The position numbers were made by a program, and so were the translations under genes. Source: Oopsacas minuta (Eukaryota > Animalia > Porifera). From it: a DNA stretch of 64,000 bases. Positions 48,705-61,807 of the stretch are shown here, piece by piece. How positions within the stretch are numbered: the first letter of the stretch is position 1; each line of letters begins with the position of its first letter. The stretch covers positions 496,001 through 560,000 of the forward strand of contig JAKMXF010000133.1 of assembly GCA_024704765.1 (NCBI GenBank), read 5' to 3'. The notes under the pieces are model-generated. The model saw nothing but the letters and a program-made list of their open reading frames with translations. It had not been told where the DNA came from and ran no database searches.

Positions 48705-51700
48705 ATGTCTGGAGCAGATCAGAAGTTACCACAGAAAGAAGCTAGCCTCTTCAAAAAGGTTTTACGAGCTTATGAACAAAAGCAGTACAAAACCGGACTA
48801 AAATACGCCAAACAAATTCTACAGAATCCTAAGTGCGAACGTCATGGAGAAACCTTGTGTATGAAAGGTCTCCTGCTCAACTATTTAGGCAAGAAAGAGG
48901 AAGCTCTGGACAAAGTTAAGAGAGGGCTAAAATGCAATCTGCAAAGTCATGTCTGCTGGCATGTGTATGGACTGGTGCATCGGTCTGAGAAGGAATTCGG
49001 CACAGCTATCAAGGCATATGTAAATTCACTGAGAATTGAAAAAGACAACCAAACTGTGTTGAAGGACTTAGCTATATTACAAGTTAGTATTGATATCATA
49101 TAGACTCTATAACTGTTATGATTTATTAGTAAACACATTCCAAAGGTACATATCCGTGACTTTGAAGGATTCTGTGATACAAGGCACAAACTTCTAATAC
49201 AGAATGGAGGTCGTAGAGGTTCCTGGATTGGTTACGCCCTGGCTTGTCACCTGTTGAATGACTATGAAACTGCTCTACAAGTACTATCTACGTGTAGAGG
49301 TACAGAGGGGGATCCTAATACACCACCTAACAGACCAGATCCTGCAGCTAGTGAGGTAACCTATTATATTATTAGTTAGTGAATAAAACATATGTTAATT
49401 TCATTTATACCGTCAACTCTCTGTCATATGGAAGCAGGGAATTAGATTGACATAACCAATGTAATTTATATTACTTTTGACGGTTCGGATTCCAACCATA
49501 TTTGTACAATTTCAGACTTCGATATAAGTTGATGCACTTTATACTTTATATTATATAAGATGAGATGCTATGAACTACATCTACTGATTGAAGCAGGTCA
49601 CAAGGAAGAAGCTCTATCTTTTATAGAGTCTCAATCTAAGAATATTGTTGATAAAGTATGGCTATGGCAGACTAAAGCAGAGCTTCTAATAGAATTTAAT
49701 AGACGATCTGAAGCTCAACGTCTCTACACACAGCTACTTGCTTCTAACCCGGATAACATAGCTTATGTAGAGGTATAATGATAATTCTATAACTGATGTA
49801 TCCAAATAGTTATAGGGTCTATTTGTAGGGTCTAGAGAAATGCATAGAAGTATTCAGCTCTGAAGCTAAATTGGAGTTGTATCGTCAGTTGAAAGAGAAG
49901 CACAATCGATCTCAGATAATCCTCATACGCACTATGTCTATACTCCCGATTGGCCCAGAGTTGGAGGGACTATTAGACAAGTTCTTGCGTAAGAATCTCA
50001 ACAAAGGAATGCCTCCTCTCTGGAATACACTAAAATTCATGTGTGCTAGTGACCCAAAAAAGGCTATTCTAGTGGATAAGCTTGCTACTGGGTATTTGCT
50101 GAACTTAGAGCAGAATTGTAAGTTCCATCCAGATGACAGAGAGTTCGAACCTCCTACAACATACTCATGGACTCTCTATTTCTTAGCGGGGCTACGTGAC
50201 TGGCAGGTAATTATTATTAATTAATCTTTTACCAGCGAGTGAAAGTTAAATTTTCCTTAATTTCTAGACATTATTCATCTGAACTAATTTTAGCCAAATA
50301 AGTAGATATTCATTTTAAGTTACTTAATGTTTCGGCTATGTTTATCATTCTGTCTTGTAATAATGTCTTCCATTATGTTACTTATATATCGTAATCCACC
50401 ATCAACATATATTAATCTGTATATTCAGTATTGTGTCTCTTCTGGTTAATAATTACGTTATACATTTCACTTCATTACTACTTTGTTGTATTACAAATGG
50501 CAAGAAGAATGGTATTTGATTATACTTTCTACATCCAAGGTGTGCTAATTAATTAATTGCGTCAGTAACAATCCTATTTAGCGTGAGTGATGCTAGTTGT
50601 ATGTTATTGAATCCTGGAGTTATCTGAAATCGAGTTATAAGTATACTATTCTCGTTAATATGGGATTCAATCACCAGTCCGTTACAGAATGTCGGTTAGC
50701 TAGCATTTACATGTGATTTTATATAGGAAAAACACTCATCAGCCCTGGAGCTGATTAACAAACTGATAGAACACACTCCAACACATATAGAGGCTTACAT
50801 GCTGAAGGCTCGTACAATGAAGCGAGCAGGAGATCCAATAGAAGCTGCTAAAGTTATAGACGAGGGTCGGAGTCTAGACACAGCTGATCGGTTTATCAAC
50901 AACAAATGCGCTAAGTACTTATTACGAGCTGACCAGGTTGATTTAGCTATTGAGAGAATGACAGAGTTTATTCGAGAAGGTCGAAGTACACTAGAACATC
51001 TGGATGATTACCAAACCAGTTGGTTTCAAATTGAGCTGGCTAGAACTTATATACGGCAAGATAAGAGAGGACATGCTCTTAGGTGCTGTCACCAGATAGC
51101 AGGTCATTTTGAAGATTTCTTTGAGGATCAGCTTGATTTCCATGCTTACTGCATACGTAAAACTACACTAACCTCCTATGTAAGCTTGTTAAGATTTGAA
51201 GACAACCTCCGCAGCCATAAGTTCTATTTTCAAGTAAGTTATTAGATATAATTCAGTTACACTAGGGTAGCCATGATGTATGTTTAACGAAGCACTGAGG
51301 TCATGAAGGTAATTTTGTGAAAACAGTTACTGGAAATGTTTTAATGAGTGATTTCGCCGGTTCGTTACTTGGCTCTGAGGTGTTTAACATGGAGTATAAC
51401 TAATGACAACTCTATTATTAGGTAAATAAGCTGAAAACGGTCAAATAGATTTGAATTTTTGGGAAAAAGGTGCTCCGGTTAGGAAGGTTCTTGGAGGTCT
51501 GTTTGAATGTACATAATTCCAACAATTGCTCATATGATCCAGTGCATTATGACTAACTGCAGTCTAGATATGATAAATTCTTGAAAACACGCTTTCTCTC
51601 ATAGGCTGCGATAATGGCAATAGAAATATACGTAAGTTTGCATGACAGAGCTTATCAATCTCAATCAGAAGAATTTGATGAACATATGACACAAGATATG

Positions 51701-52471
51701 ATCAAGAAGAAAAAGAAGAAACAGTTGAAAGAGCAAGCCAAGAACAAACAAAAAAGTAAAACCGCAAGTCAGGATGTAGGAAAGAATGATTCTATTTCAG
51801 ATGATAAGGAACAAGACAAATTCGAACCTAGCAAACTAGCAAGCACTGCTGACCCATTAGGCGAAGCGATGAAGTTTATAACACCTCTACAAAATTTCGC
51901 GATAGGACGCATAGAAACACACACACATGCATATGAAGTGTACAAACGTAAACATAAATATTTATTGATGGCACAAGCCATAAAGAGAGGAATGAAAATA
52001 GACCCTGACAACCCAGCTATACATACCTGCATAATAGATTTTGTACTACAGATATCTTCATTACCAGATATGGATAATACATTGATCACCAAGATAATAT
52101 TTATGGAGAAATCAAAAATGTTAGCAGGTTCTGATCCATTCACTTATACAAATGAATATCTCAGTAAACATCAGTTCTCTCTACCACATATCGTAGCTGG
52201 TATACAATCCATGCATCAGCTACAGCCTGATAATCTTGAGCAAAATTTAGAGAATATCATAACACTAGATGATGACTTACAAGGAATTACACTGGAGATT
52301 TGTGTTAAAGTCTGTAAACTGCTTGAAAGTAAAACTTTTGGTCAATGTACCACTCAGCTGAAGGAGTATAGAGAGAAATGTAGAAAATTATATCCACTTG
52401 CTCCGTGCTTTAACCCGATCCCACCTCTAGCGAACTCTGTCGAACCACCAAAAATAGAACATGTCAATTAA
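48705..52471 (+). CDS. NAA15: NatA auxiliary subunit NAA15/16 (TPR); multi-exon
   Basis: [54 protein letters not shown]|, [64 protein letters not shown]. Confidence 0.93.
49410..49530. mobile_element. MITE family A, degenerate copy, in an NAA15 intron
   Basis: ccgtcaactct left end; atatttgtacaatttcagacttcgatata is identical to the segment in the 18023-18186 copy. Confidence 0.65.
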
Positions 52472-52504
52472 TTATGAGTTGAAATTAATTATATATATAC
52501 ACGT

Positions 52505-52563
52505 TATCCCTCCTGACGCTACCTGAACTAATGTGTGAAGCATGCTTCGTCAGGGATACTGTA
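52505..52563. repeat. Small imperfect inverted repeat downstream of NAA15 (MITE remnant or 3' UTR hairpin)
   Basis: tatccct(c)ctgacg ... cgtcagggata arms around an inner palindrome gaagcatgcttc. Confidence 0.5.
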
Positions 52564-52873
52564 AATATTTGTTAACATTCATTCAAGTAGTCATGTTGAC
52601 ATTCACATAGGATAGTTTGATTTAGTTAGAATTTGTTAAATATATAGTGACATTTTATTATTCACTCTCTGTCAATTTATTATCAAATATCTACTCGTCT
52701 TTCGAGCTGTTCTGCCCGAAATTATATTTACTCTACTGGAAGTTATTTCTTGGATCTTTTTTTGCATTCCTCAGTGTTGTCAGGGTGGGGTTCTCGTAGG
52801 TAGAACTATTCGATTTATGCAATCATATAATTCTCACATTATGTCTACAACCTACGTTTTGCCTCCTTGGAAT

Positions 52874-53683
52874 CAGTGGCGGCGCTAGGAATTTCTTCAA
52901 GGGGGGGCGGTCAAAGTGGTTGCCAATACATAGGGATCTAATTGTTTACTTATTCACGCCTAGGGTGTAGAGTAAATCATCCACTCACATTTTGGATTGA
53001 GAGGATACTCTTTAGGAATATTGTATCAGTGCTAGACTGTCTACATATTATAGTATATCAAAAAATTGAACTCAAGTAGGTTTATGTGTAATAGGAACTG
53101 CGACAAATACTTAAGTTTTTCGGCCTTTCCTTTGCTTGTCCTGTTTTGATAAGGCCAATCAATACCAATGCGGGCACAAACGCGTTGTTAGGCAGATTCA
53201 GTCTGTCATGATCGGATAACTCGGCAGTTTTCCAATAACAGTTCCAATGTCATTCGTGGTCGCACCTCCATCAGTCATCGTTGGGTTGTGATTCCTGTGG
53301 CTACCATTTCGGTCATTTCTGTTTCTGCTGTCTCGGCGTTGGTGATTAGATGCCTACAGGCTGTGGATCGTAAAAGTCACGAAGTTTGCGCTTCATCGTA
53401 TAAAAATTCTTCTAATGGCAGTAACAAAACTGGTTAAAATTGATTGTTATAATAATATATACAGGACTACTTTGTTATGTTTACTCGCTTATAGTAAGTC
53501 TTCAATAATAACAAGAAAAGCAATAGTAATATATTGTTATTCATTAAGTACAATTGTTTACAAATTCCAGTTAGCGGGCTTCATTTGACCGATTAGTAGT
53601 AAGTCTACAATCAAATCTTTTGGATATTTTCTGTGACGGGAGGGGGGGCGACCGCACGTTCGCCCCCCCGTCCGCCGCCACTG
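52874..53683. mobile_element. 810-bp non-autonomous hAT-type DNA transposon
   Basis: 11-bp perfect TIR CAGTGGCGGCG / CGCCGCCACTG. Exact 8-bp target-site duplication CTTGGAAT at 52866-52873 and 53684-53691. Subterminal G7/C7 hairpin at about 53642-53669. Frameshifted minus-strand remnant MKRKLRDFY...NDIGTVIGKL/ELSDHDRLNL..NAFVP/DWPY. Confidence 0.9.
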
Positions 53684-54615
53684 CTTGGAATACAAATAAG
53701 GCTACGCAGAAACTCTTCATATACATGCTATAGTTTAATTTTATTATACTATAGTGTGTATATGAAGAGGTTGATTGTCTAGAGCTGACTTAATGGATGA
53801 ATCATACTCTATACATTCATTTGTCGGCTCTCTATATTCCTTGCAGCTTGCATAATTATACAACTGTGCAAATATTTGTAAAACCATAGCAGTCACTTAG
53901 TGTATTGAATGCTCCAAGTATGACAAAGCGTATCAATCATCGCATCTGGCTCATTGATCATTAATTTGATTGAAAGTAATCGGTATGATCAATGTAGTCC
54001 CCAAACTTGATTGTTTGGTAATAAGTGTTTATGTTTTGCAGTGAGTAATGCAATGTCTAGGAATTTATGTCTGTCGCCTCAACTCAGCAATATTGTAGTT
54101 TCAAATCTATATCTCCACTGAGTTTGCAACATGGACACTTAGAAGTATACTTATTGCATTGATACAAAATGTAGCTCAATGTGGTTTGAACTCCAATGCT
54201 ATTCGTGATTTGTTAATATTTTGTATATCACAAATACTTCAGTAGCCTTTACTTCTGTACTGCCAATTTCATTTCAACTCCAGACTTTAATTCGCTGCTC
54301 ATAAATTGTGATGAGTATTAACTTATACCAGCCCAAAAACAGCAACATAAACACAACAAACAACATTCCTGTTTTGGCTTCTTCACATCAGAAGTAATAC
54401 ATTCTTCAATCTCATCACTTTCGTATACGTATCTGCAATAATGCTATTAATATTTTTCGTTGCTTCAACCATGGTATACTTCTATTTTATTCTTCTCATA
54501 TACTCAGATATAAATACAGTTGCATTTTCAGTGAGCTAATGATTCAATACTTCATTTCTATTATACTATCTTCTAATACTTATTCTATTTCTCAATTCAA
54601 CATTTTCAATATACG

Positions 54616-55824
54616 ATGCAAACTTTGAGGCGTATTGTGAAATCAAGTGAAGACCGTGAGAGAGGTCAACAAATGAGACAGACTATTTTATCTGCCACAA
54701 GACTAAGCGAGAGTTTTCGCAAAGAAACAGTAAAACTTTCAGAACACGTTTGGAATTTCAACAGTTTCCAATCAAGTGGGAGTCCAAATTTTTCTAAGAA
54801 ACATGATCATTTACGACAACCTACACTAATCCAATGTCAATTAGAATTATTCGTCAACCACGAAGCTTCCCCTTTCCTAGCTTGGTCCAATTGTGAAGAG
54901 CTTGAAACAGAGGACACTCCCAGTCCTTTCAAGGGACAACCAACTAATACCCCGCTTGGTATTGTCTGGTTACGAGGTGCTACTGTCCGCAAGCGCGGTA
55001 TGGAAGTATTTGAAGTTATCTGTAAGGAGAATTACGAAACGAAGCGATTGCTGGTTCTAACACAGAGTGAAGCTAACTGTGAATTCTGGGTTGAAGACAT
55101 ACGGGGAGCTGTTATAGGTGAAAAACAGCCTACACCGAAAATTAACTTCTACTCACTCATGTACGGGAAAGACAGTGATGGTGAAGAGGAAGATATTCTA
55201 CAAAAAGAGAATAATTTTCTTCGCTTGACAAAGCGTAGACGGACAGGAAGGAAAGGCCACACTTCTCCAAGTTGGACCAGGAGAGGTAGCTCTATTTCTA
55301 CAAACAGTTCCTCACCATCTGAGTCCTCTTGTCTCGGGGGTAACAGTCCTCATGTAGAACGTCTCAGTACAAATATCAACACCTTTCCTCCCACTAATAT
55401 AAACAGGAAATCATTCGATGCCTCTCCACTACTTTGCAAGCTCAGAAACTATAAATCTAGTGATGAAATACACTCTTCAGATGATACCATCTCAATTACT
55501 AGCTCTCAACAAACTTTTCAACGGTCTAGGACTAGAATGAATATTGAGACACGTAAGAGCACTACTTCAACTCATTCTTCCTTGTCTAGGACGCCCTCTG
55601 TGGGGGATAGTTACTCCACAACATCATCTAGTCATTCTAATACCCGTATTTTGCTAGAGGGATTAAACATAAAAGAATCCAAAGGGTTCTTAGCAGGGGA
55701 AATCGAAGCTGAACTTCAAAATAAAGGAATAGCATTATCAGCTAAGAACAGTCCTAGAGTTTGTCGACCAAAACATCTGCGTCCGGTTCCACCCCCATCT
55801 GACCGAAAAGAGACAGTCGTTTGA
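54616..55824 (+). CDS. Intronless protein with a PH-like domain and a Ser/Thr-rich low-complexity C-terminus
   Basis: 402-aa ORF. PLGIVWLRGATV...FEV...LLVL..SEA..EFWVEDIR matches the PH-domain C-terminal strands and Trp helix pattern. Product call is tentative. Confidence 0.5.
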   Translation: MQTLRRIVKSSEDRERGQQMRQTILSATRLSESFRKETVKLSEHVWNFNSFQSSGSPNFSKKHDHLRQPTLIQCQLELFVNHEASPFLAWSNCEELETEDTPSPFKGQPTNTPLGIVWLRGATVRKRGMEVFEVICKENYETKRLLVLTQSEANCEFWVEDIRGAVIGEKQPTPKINFYSLMYGKDSDGEEEDILQKENNFLRLTKRRRTGRKGHTSPSWTRRGSSISTNSSSPSESSCLGGNSPHVERLSTNINTFPPTNINRKSFDASPLLCKLRNYKSSDEIHSSDDTISITSSQQTFQRSRTRMNIETRKSTTSTHSSLSRTPSVGDSYSTTSSSHSNTRILLEGLNIKESKGFLAGEIEAELQNKGIALSAKNSPRVCRPKHLRPVPPPSDRKETVV

Positions 55825-56456
55825 TCAATTTTACACAAAAATGTCTTGCACAACATTTCAATTGAAGATCCTCTAGTTATGATTATAAAATGTGTTTCGC
55901 GACCACCTAACCGTAACTAGTGTCAAAATTTTATAAGTATATTATCTCAATTCACTTACCTTCTTTATATCTTGCATTTACAGACTATATCAACTATAAT
56001 TCTTTATTATCTGTTTGACAATTCAATAAATTGCGATGCTCTTATTAAGAATAGAATATTTAACTACATTCCAATTGCCTTAGATAATGTTTGAGACAAT
56101 TTGATTAAAATTCTCATAAGGCATGGCACCATCTGCTCACTAAATGGACATTACAATCTCGCATATCAAAATAATTTTAAACTGTTTCAACTGATTCAAT
56201 TGTTGCCTCTTTGTGCTAATTACAAATACAATTGTACTTTCCATTGTGGTATAATACCCGATTGTAGATATAATCTCTCTCACTATTTGGTGCAATACTG
56301 GAGAATTTATTGTTTGTACTATAATTATTACTGTCAATGTAATGTTTCTACTTCTTTTCCTAATAACAATTATCAGTTCAATGCATATGGTCTATTACGC
56401 TGTACTAAACTCTACCATCTGGCCACTTATAGAATTCCATCCATTAGTCTCGCAGT

Positions 56457-57692
56457 ATGCTGAAACAATTGTCAGGCATACGAGTACTTGATCTCACCCG
56501 CATTCTAGCTGGCCCTTATGCATCTATGATTCTCGGAGACCTCGGGGCTGAGATTATTAAAATCGAACGTCCAATTGTTGGAGACGAGACAAGGAGGTTG
56601 GGCCCTCCCTTCCTAGGCCCTGAGAGTATTTACTTCCTGGCTATCAATAGGAATAAGAAGAGCGTTGCAGTGGATATCACCATTGAAAAGGGCCAGAATA
56701 TTATACAAGATTTAGCTACAAAATCACATGTACTTATTGAAAATTTTGTTCCTGGAAAACTCAATCAATTTAATCTTGATTATCATTCTATTGCTAAGAA
56801 AAATCCTAATCTGATTTACTGTTCTCTCACTGGATTTGGCCAGACCGGTGCATACGCAACTCGCCCCGGGTTCGACCTGTTAGCTCAAGGTATAGGCGGT
56901 CTACTTAACGTCACAGGTCCCGAGGGGGGAGAGCCTATCAGACCTGGGATTGCTCTTATCGATATTATAACTGGATTATATGCTAATATTTCTATCTTAT
57001 CTGCTCTCAGAGAAATTGAAATGAATAATTCAAATGGTAAATGGATAGACTGTAATCTTCTTGCTTCTCAGCTTGCTGTACTATCAACTCTTGCAGCTAG
57101 CTATCTAAATACGGGAGAAGTTGGCAAGAAATATGGCTCAGCTCATCCCAGTATAGTCCCCTATCAAGCTTACAAAACAATTGATGGCTACTATGTATTG
57201 GCTTGTGTCAGTGATAAAAATTTCTTTGAATTATGCGACGTATTAGAATTGGGAAAAATTAAGTATAATGCGAAGTTTAAGACGAATAAAGATCGTGTAG
57301 TGAATAGGTTAGAGCTACTTTCGCTCATGCAAGACAAAATGAAAATGAAGAGTAATAGTGAATGGGGGATAGTGTTGAGACAGGTTGCATTTGCACATGG
57401 ACCAGTTAATGATTTTAAAGCAGTATTTTCTGATCCAAATATTATGCAAATGAATTTGATACAAACTTGTATGCATGCAACTGCTGGAGAGTTAAAAGTG
57501 GTCGGCTCACCGATTAAATTCTATGATAATAATAACCAACAGTTTTCAGCTCAGGATTCGGATAGCACTGCTCTACCACCCCCAATACTTGGAGAACACA
57601 CAAGAAAAGTATTGACAGATGTATTAAACTATTCACAGAACCACATTGATGACCTCGTTAGAGATGAAATTATTCAAGAATCCATCTTGTGA
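56457..57692 (+). CDS. CoA-transferase family III (CaiB/BaiF), SUGCT-like; intronless
   Basis: LSGIRVLDLTRILAGPYASMILGDLGAEIIKIERP..GDETR, YFLAINRNKKS, ENFVPG, YCSLTGFGQTG.Y..RPGFDL, HPSIVPYQAY, PP.LGEHT. Confidence 0.9.
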   Translation: MLKQLSGIRVLDLTRILAGPYASMILGDLGAEIIKIERPIVGDETRRLGPPFLGPESIYFLAINRNKKSVAVDITIEKGQNIIQDLATKSHVLIENFVPGKLNQFNLDYHSIAKKNPNLIYCSLTGFGQTGAYATRPGFDLLAQGIGGLLNVTGPEGGEPIRPGIALIDIITGLYANISILSALREIEMNNSNGKWIDCNLLASQLAVLSTLAASYLNTGEVGKKYGSAHPSIVPYQAYKTIDGYYVLACVSDKNFFELCDVLELGKIKYNAKFKTNKDRVVNRLELLSLMQDKMKMKSNSEWGIVLRQVAFAHGPVNDFKAVFSDPNIMQMNLIQTCMHATAGELKVVGSPIKFYDNNNQQFSAQDSDSTALPPPILGEHTRKVLTDVLNYSQNHIDDLVRDEIIQESIL

Positions 57693-57749
57693 ATGAAAAT
57701 TTGAGTAATTAAATTTTGGCTATAAATTATTTATTGGAATTCCAATTGC

Positions 57750-60200
57750 TGGTTAAACTATTCTCCCATTCTCGTGGCCTTTTAGAATTTATTGAATGAG
57801 CTATTCTTAAGTGTTCCTATAGACTATTTAATGACCACAGCATACTACACTTTTCAAGCTATTGTTTATGTATATTGTTCCATTCCTCATGAATAGTTAT
57901 TTAAAATTTACTGATGGAATGTAGGCAATAGTAAGTAAGTCACCTCCCTTTACATTTTATGTAAAAATTTTATCGTATGGCTTTGTAATTCTCGTTTTAT
58001 TACTTGTTGTTGGGTAATAATAATCCTTAGAAAATATTCGTACATAATTATTTCCGAATCTCTGGAATTGAATAGTTCGGCTTCCAATTGCTCACTGGAA
58101 ACTAACAATTCTATTCGGAATCTATTCTATCAATTATTGGATATTTCTATGGTTAATTCATTTTACTAATATTTCCATCTTGAATTAATATATTCAGTTT
58201 ACCTTTGCACTGTTTAGCTAAGTAGAGATAGCAATTATTCCTCTGTTATCGCATTCATTTATGGTGTAGTATTTTCGCTGATTAATATATTAGTTGATTG
58301 GATAAATGTAGATGAAATATCTCAGAAGTAAGGTCTTATGAGTGAAGATTATTTTAAGATATCTGCCATACAAGCTGGTAAACTCTACACGTGAATGTAA
58401 TTACTTTTATTTCATTTAATATATTAGTTGATTATTTTACCAATTTAATATCACCCGCAGTGTTTCCGATAATTTTATGAAGAATCAGACTAATTTCTAA
58501 TTATTTCCATAATTTGTATTCTGAACGCGATTTAAAACCCAAATTTTGTATCGCCTGAATCAGCAATTGATAGTATGATTAATTAACTTTGGTTTCAACT
58601 TCTATGCCAGGTCAACATTCCACTTATAATTTATTTATATTCAACCTCCTAACTAATTAAGTGGTATTCTTGATTATTTGCTTTGATATATCTTTATGCA
58701 AACAAGTGAAACAACTTATCTAATTGTATAAGACTCCTGTTCGTAGATTCACCAATTACATTACACTTAACATGTAACTTGATTAATATACATTATCCTG
58801 TTATATTTTGACACGATAGTTGTCCCAATTAATAAGCTCAGCTGTTTCTATAATATTCTGTAGAGTAATTGTGGACCAATTCATATTAGGTCAGTATATC
58901 TACAAAATCGCGCATCTTCATCATCACTAACATTGGCTTCACACACTCCATCTTTGATATCGCAATTTTCTGCGATAATAATTATTGTTAAAATTTCTAA
59001 TTGAAAAATTTTATTGTTCTTTTTACTTGATATAAAACTTTATATGGTTTTATGTGTTAAATATTATGTAAATACAAATGAACCCTCGTTCAAAACATTT
59101 CATTTCTAACCTAAGTATAATTGAGTTATTGTGATTAAACAGTATTAGTGTAATATCTACATTTCTCATGTGTATGGCAAAATGTTAGTAATTTGTTAAG
59201 TTTGAGGGAGAACATGTCATTACTTTATTCTTTGTTTATTTTGAATTTCAATTATGTTTCTTCGTCCATAGAGAACACCTGATAAAACACTTGGACATTG
59301 TACAGGTCGCATTGAGCATACTATCCAAAGATTGTGCTAATTTTATTAAGCTACCATTTTTGGTTATTATTTTCAGGACATCTGCCTAGACACGAAAATC
59401 AAAATTTATTTGTAATTATCCATAACATTACATAAAAAAATATTTATGTCTCAGATATTAATCATAGTGTATTATAGTTTGGAATATTTGTGGAAACTAT
59501 GTATCCTATAGAATCTGGTTGTATTGTCTTGAAGGAGCTGGGGCTAAACAGATAACCCCAATGTGATTAGGAATATTTTTGTTAAAAGGACTTTGTTTAT
59601 TCAATTGTTTCCCTGTCTATTTTGTCTGGACAGCTCTATCTATCAAATATTACAAGCTATTTTTGGCGAAATAATTAACCTTGTTAGTATATGTCTTCTA
59701 CAGACCTGTCTAGTTATATTAGTATAGTTCTCTCAATTAGAGTTGTCCCTTAAACATGACTGAACTCTCTATCTCACTTGCTGATTAGATTTATAAGAAT
59801 TTGGCAATAACTGATACATAGACACGGCTAGACGTTAACTATGCATCTATAATTGGCACTTACAATGTATTACCAAAGATACTTATCCTTCGATTGCTTA
59901 GTTCTCTCTTGAGAGAGAACAATGGGGATTTGTACAAATTAATAACTATTCTATTCTATAATATCTGCCTCTCATCTAATACCGATATAATTGGTATTAT
60001 CTAATAAACTCTGGGATACATCATGTTTGTGAAGCTATTTTATCAAATTTATCCAATTATCTAAAACTTAATGTTTACTACAAGCAGTATCATAGTTTTA
60101 ACTTTTTACCAATTGAATATATTGCGTGTTAACCAGCTGATATTCTGTAATACCATTATTCTTTATAAATATTGACTCTACTCATTCCAAGTTATAATAC
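57750..60200 (+). pseudogene. Possible decayed class C (glutamate/GABA-B-like) GPCR
   Basis: Stop- and frameshift-riddled segments in class C order: LLIRFIRIW (TM3-like, about 59778), C + hydrophobic run (ECL2/TM5, about 59965), LMFTTSSIIVLT/FLPI (TM6-like, about 60071), TLLIPSY (TM7-like, about 60175). Recognised by eye in AT-rich DNA, so weak. Confidence 0.3.
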
Positions 60201-61807
60201 TAGATGTATCATACTTCTAATCATAGCAATATAACGAACAATACACTAGTTATGACCTGGCTATTACAGGAATATTGCAGGAATAATCATAGTCAACTCG
60301 GCTTAATCGATACACTTTTCCAAGAAGGATACACACCCAATGATAATGTACACAAAATTTGGTTTAATCAGGGTATCTGTATATTAGGACAAATTGCCTG
60401 GAACGAACTCTATTTCATACATCATTTGGGAAAATTTATATTATACTTATTGTAGACAATAAAATCTAGAAATCTGAAGTAATGTCTAGTAGACAGAATA
60501 GCTGAACATATTAGGAAATACATAGATAGGCTATAGCTACAAAGTTCAAACCGGGGTTAGTATTGATATGTTTATTCGTATAAGAATGCATTACATTACA
60601 TTTATCAGTGATTTCTCATTGATTGGTAATCATTAATTCAGGTGTTAGTTACATTAATGTTCTTAATGAGAATTAACCTAGACTGAAGAGTGAAAACACG
60701 CTTACAGGGATATAGCGAAAACACGAGTATAACATAGTATACTTAAACTTACAGATATTTAATACAAGTAGCAGGCAAATTGAATTGGTCAGGTTATGCT
60801 GTGTATGTTTTGTACCAACTCCTACGGGCTACCGCCATAAATTCCTGCGGAATAATTATAATAACTTATGTTAGAAGTTTCCCATGGAACTATAAATCTA
60901 TGATCCGAATCAAGAAATATTACACCGATTTAAATCCTGAAACCCTCGACTATCCATCATCTGTTATTGAGCTATTAGTAACTTTAATTAACAATAATGG
61001 AATAGTAAATTTGACTGGTGTGAATATCTGACCTTGAATAATAGGAATTCTTATAGTAAATGACGGAAGAATTTATGTTTAAGGTACCAAAGAAAAGCTT
61101 TTCATATCATTTCGTTATTCATTTCATTTTACCTGAATTCTTGTACTCCATTGAATAACTATCCATGCGTGTAATGTAATGTTTCTCATTGAATGCTAAG
61201 ATATTGGAATTTGCTCTCTGTCTAGTTATTTGATCTGAACTGAGCTTTCTTTATCAAATTTCGAGTAAGCTTCCAGAATTCTCTGAAATAACACTCAGAT
61301 TAGATGTCTATTAATCTGGAAGGTTACTTACTTGGAATCTCAATGTATTACATGCTCTTCTAATCTTTGGCAATAAGATGAAAGAAAAGTCCATGTATAA
61401 TTAATGGACATATTAATAATATTCATTACTATGTATTTGTATAAAATAATAATATTAATAATATTCCTAAGCTACAATGTGACTCTCTCCTTGTGCTCTA
61501 ACTACAAAATGTTAGCTGAGAATTTATCCCAAAACTGATATGAATTTTTAGAAACCTGCTACAACAATTCTTCCAAATGCTTGACTCTCAAATGGTAGTT
61601 GAGTATGTCACAAGCGTATAAAATTGTATGGCTCTGCTTACGTAAAAATGCATAGAATTGCTGGAGATTTATGAACCACAAATTCTAATTACTTATTCAC
61701 ACATTCAGATACTGTACAATTAATTATCAACATAAAGATACCTTGTTTTAATTCTTGATATCGTAACGAAGATAATATATATTTTTATCCAGTTTATTAG
61801 AAGATAA

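Noticed and set aside
50583-50630. C/D-box-like words (GTGATGC...CTGA) in an NAA15 intron
   Set aside because: Imperfect C box, too short, and no terminal stem or recognisable guide.
52505-52563. Hairpin after the NAA15 stop as a possible SECIS element
   Set aside because: No AUGA/GA quartet or apical AA in the right geometry, and NAA15 ends in TAA with no in-frame TGA.
53700-54480. Protein-like fragments on the minus strand next to the hAT element
   Set aside because: Frequent stops and no assignable motif; cannot support a pseudogene call.
56144-56490. Hydrophobic reading frame upstream of and overlapping the CoA-transferase start (two internal stops), plus the Cys/Tyr/Asn-rich ORF 56101-56463
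   Set aside because: The composition is what T/A-rich DNA yields by chance; no family motif was recognised.
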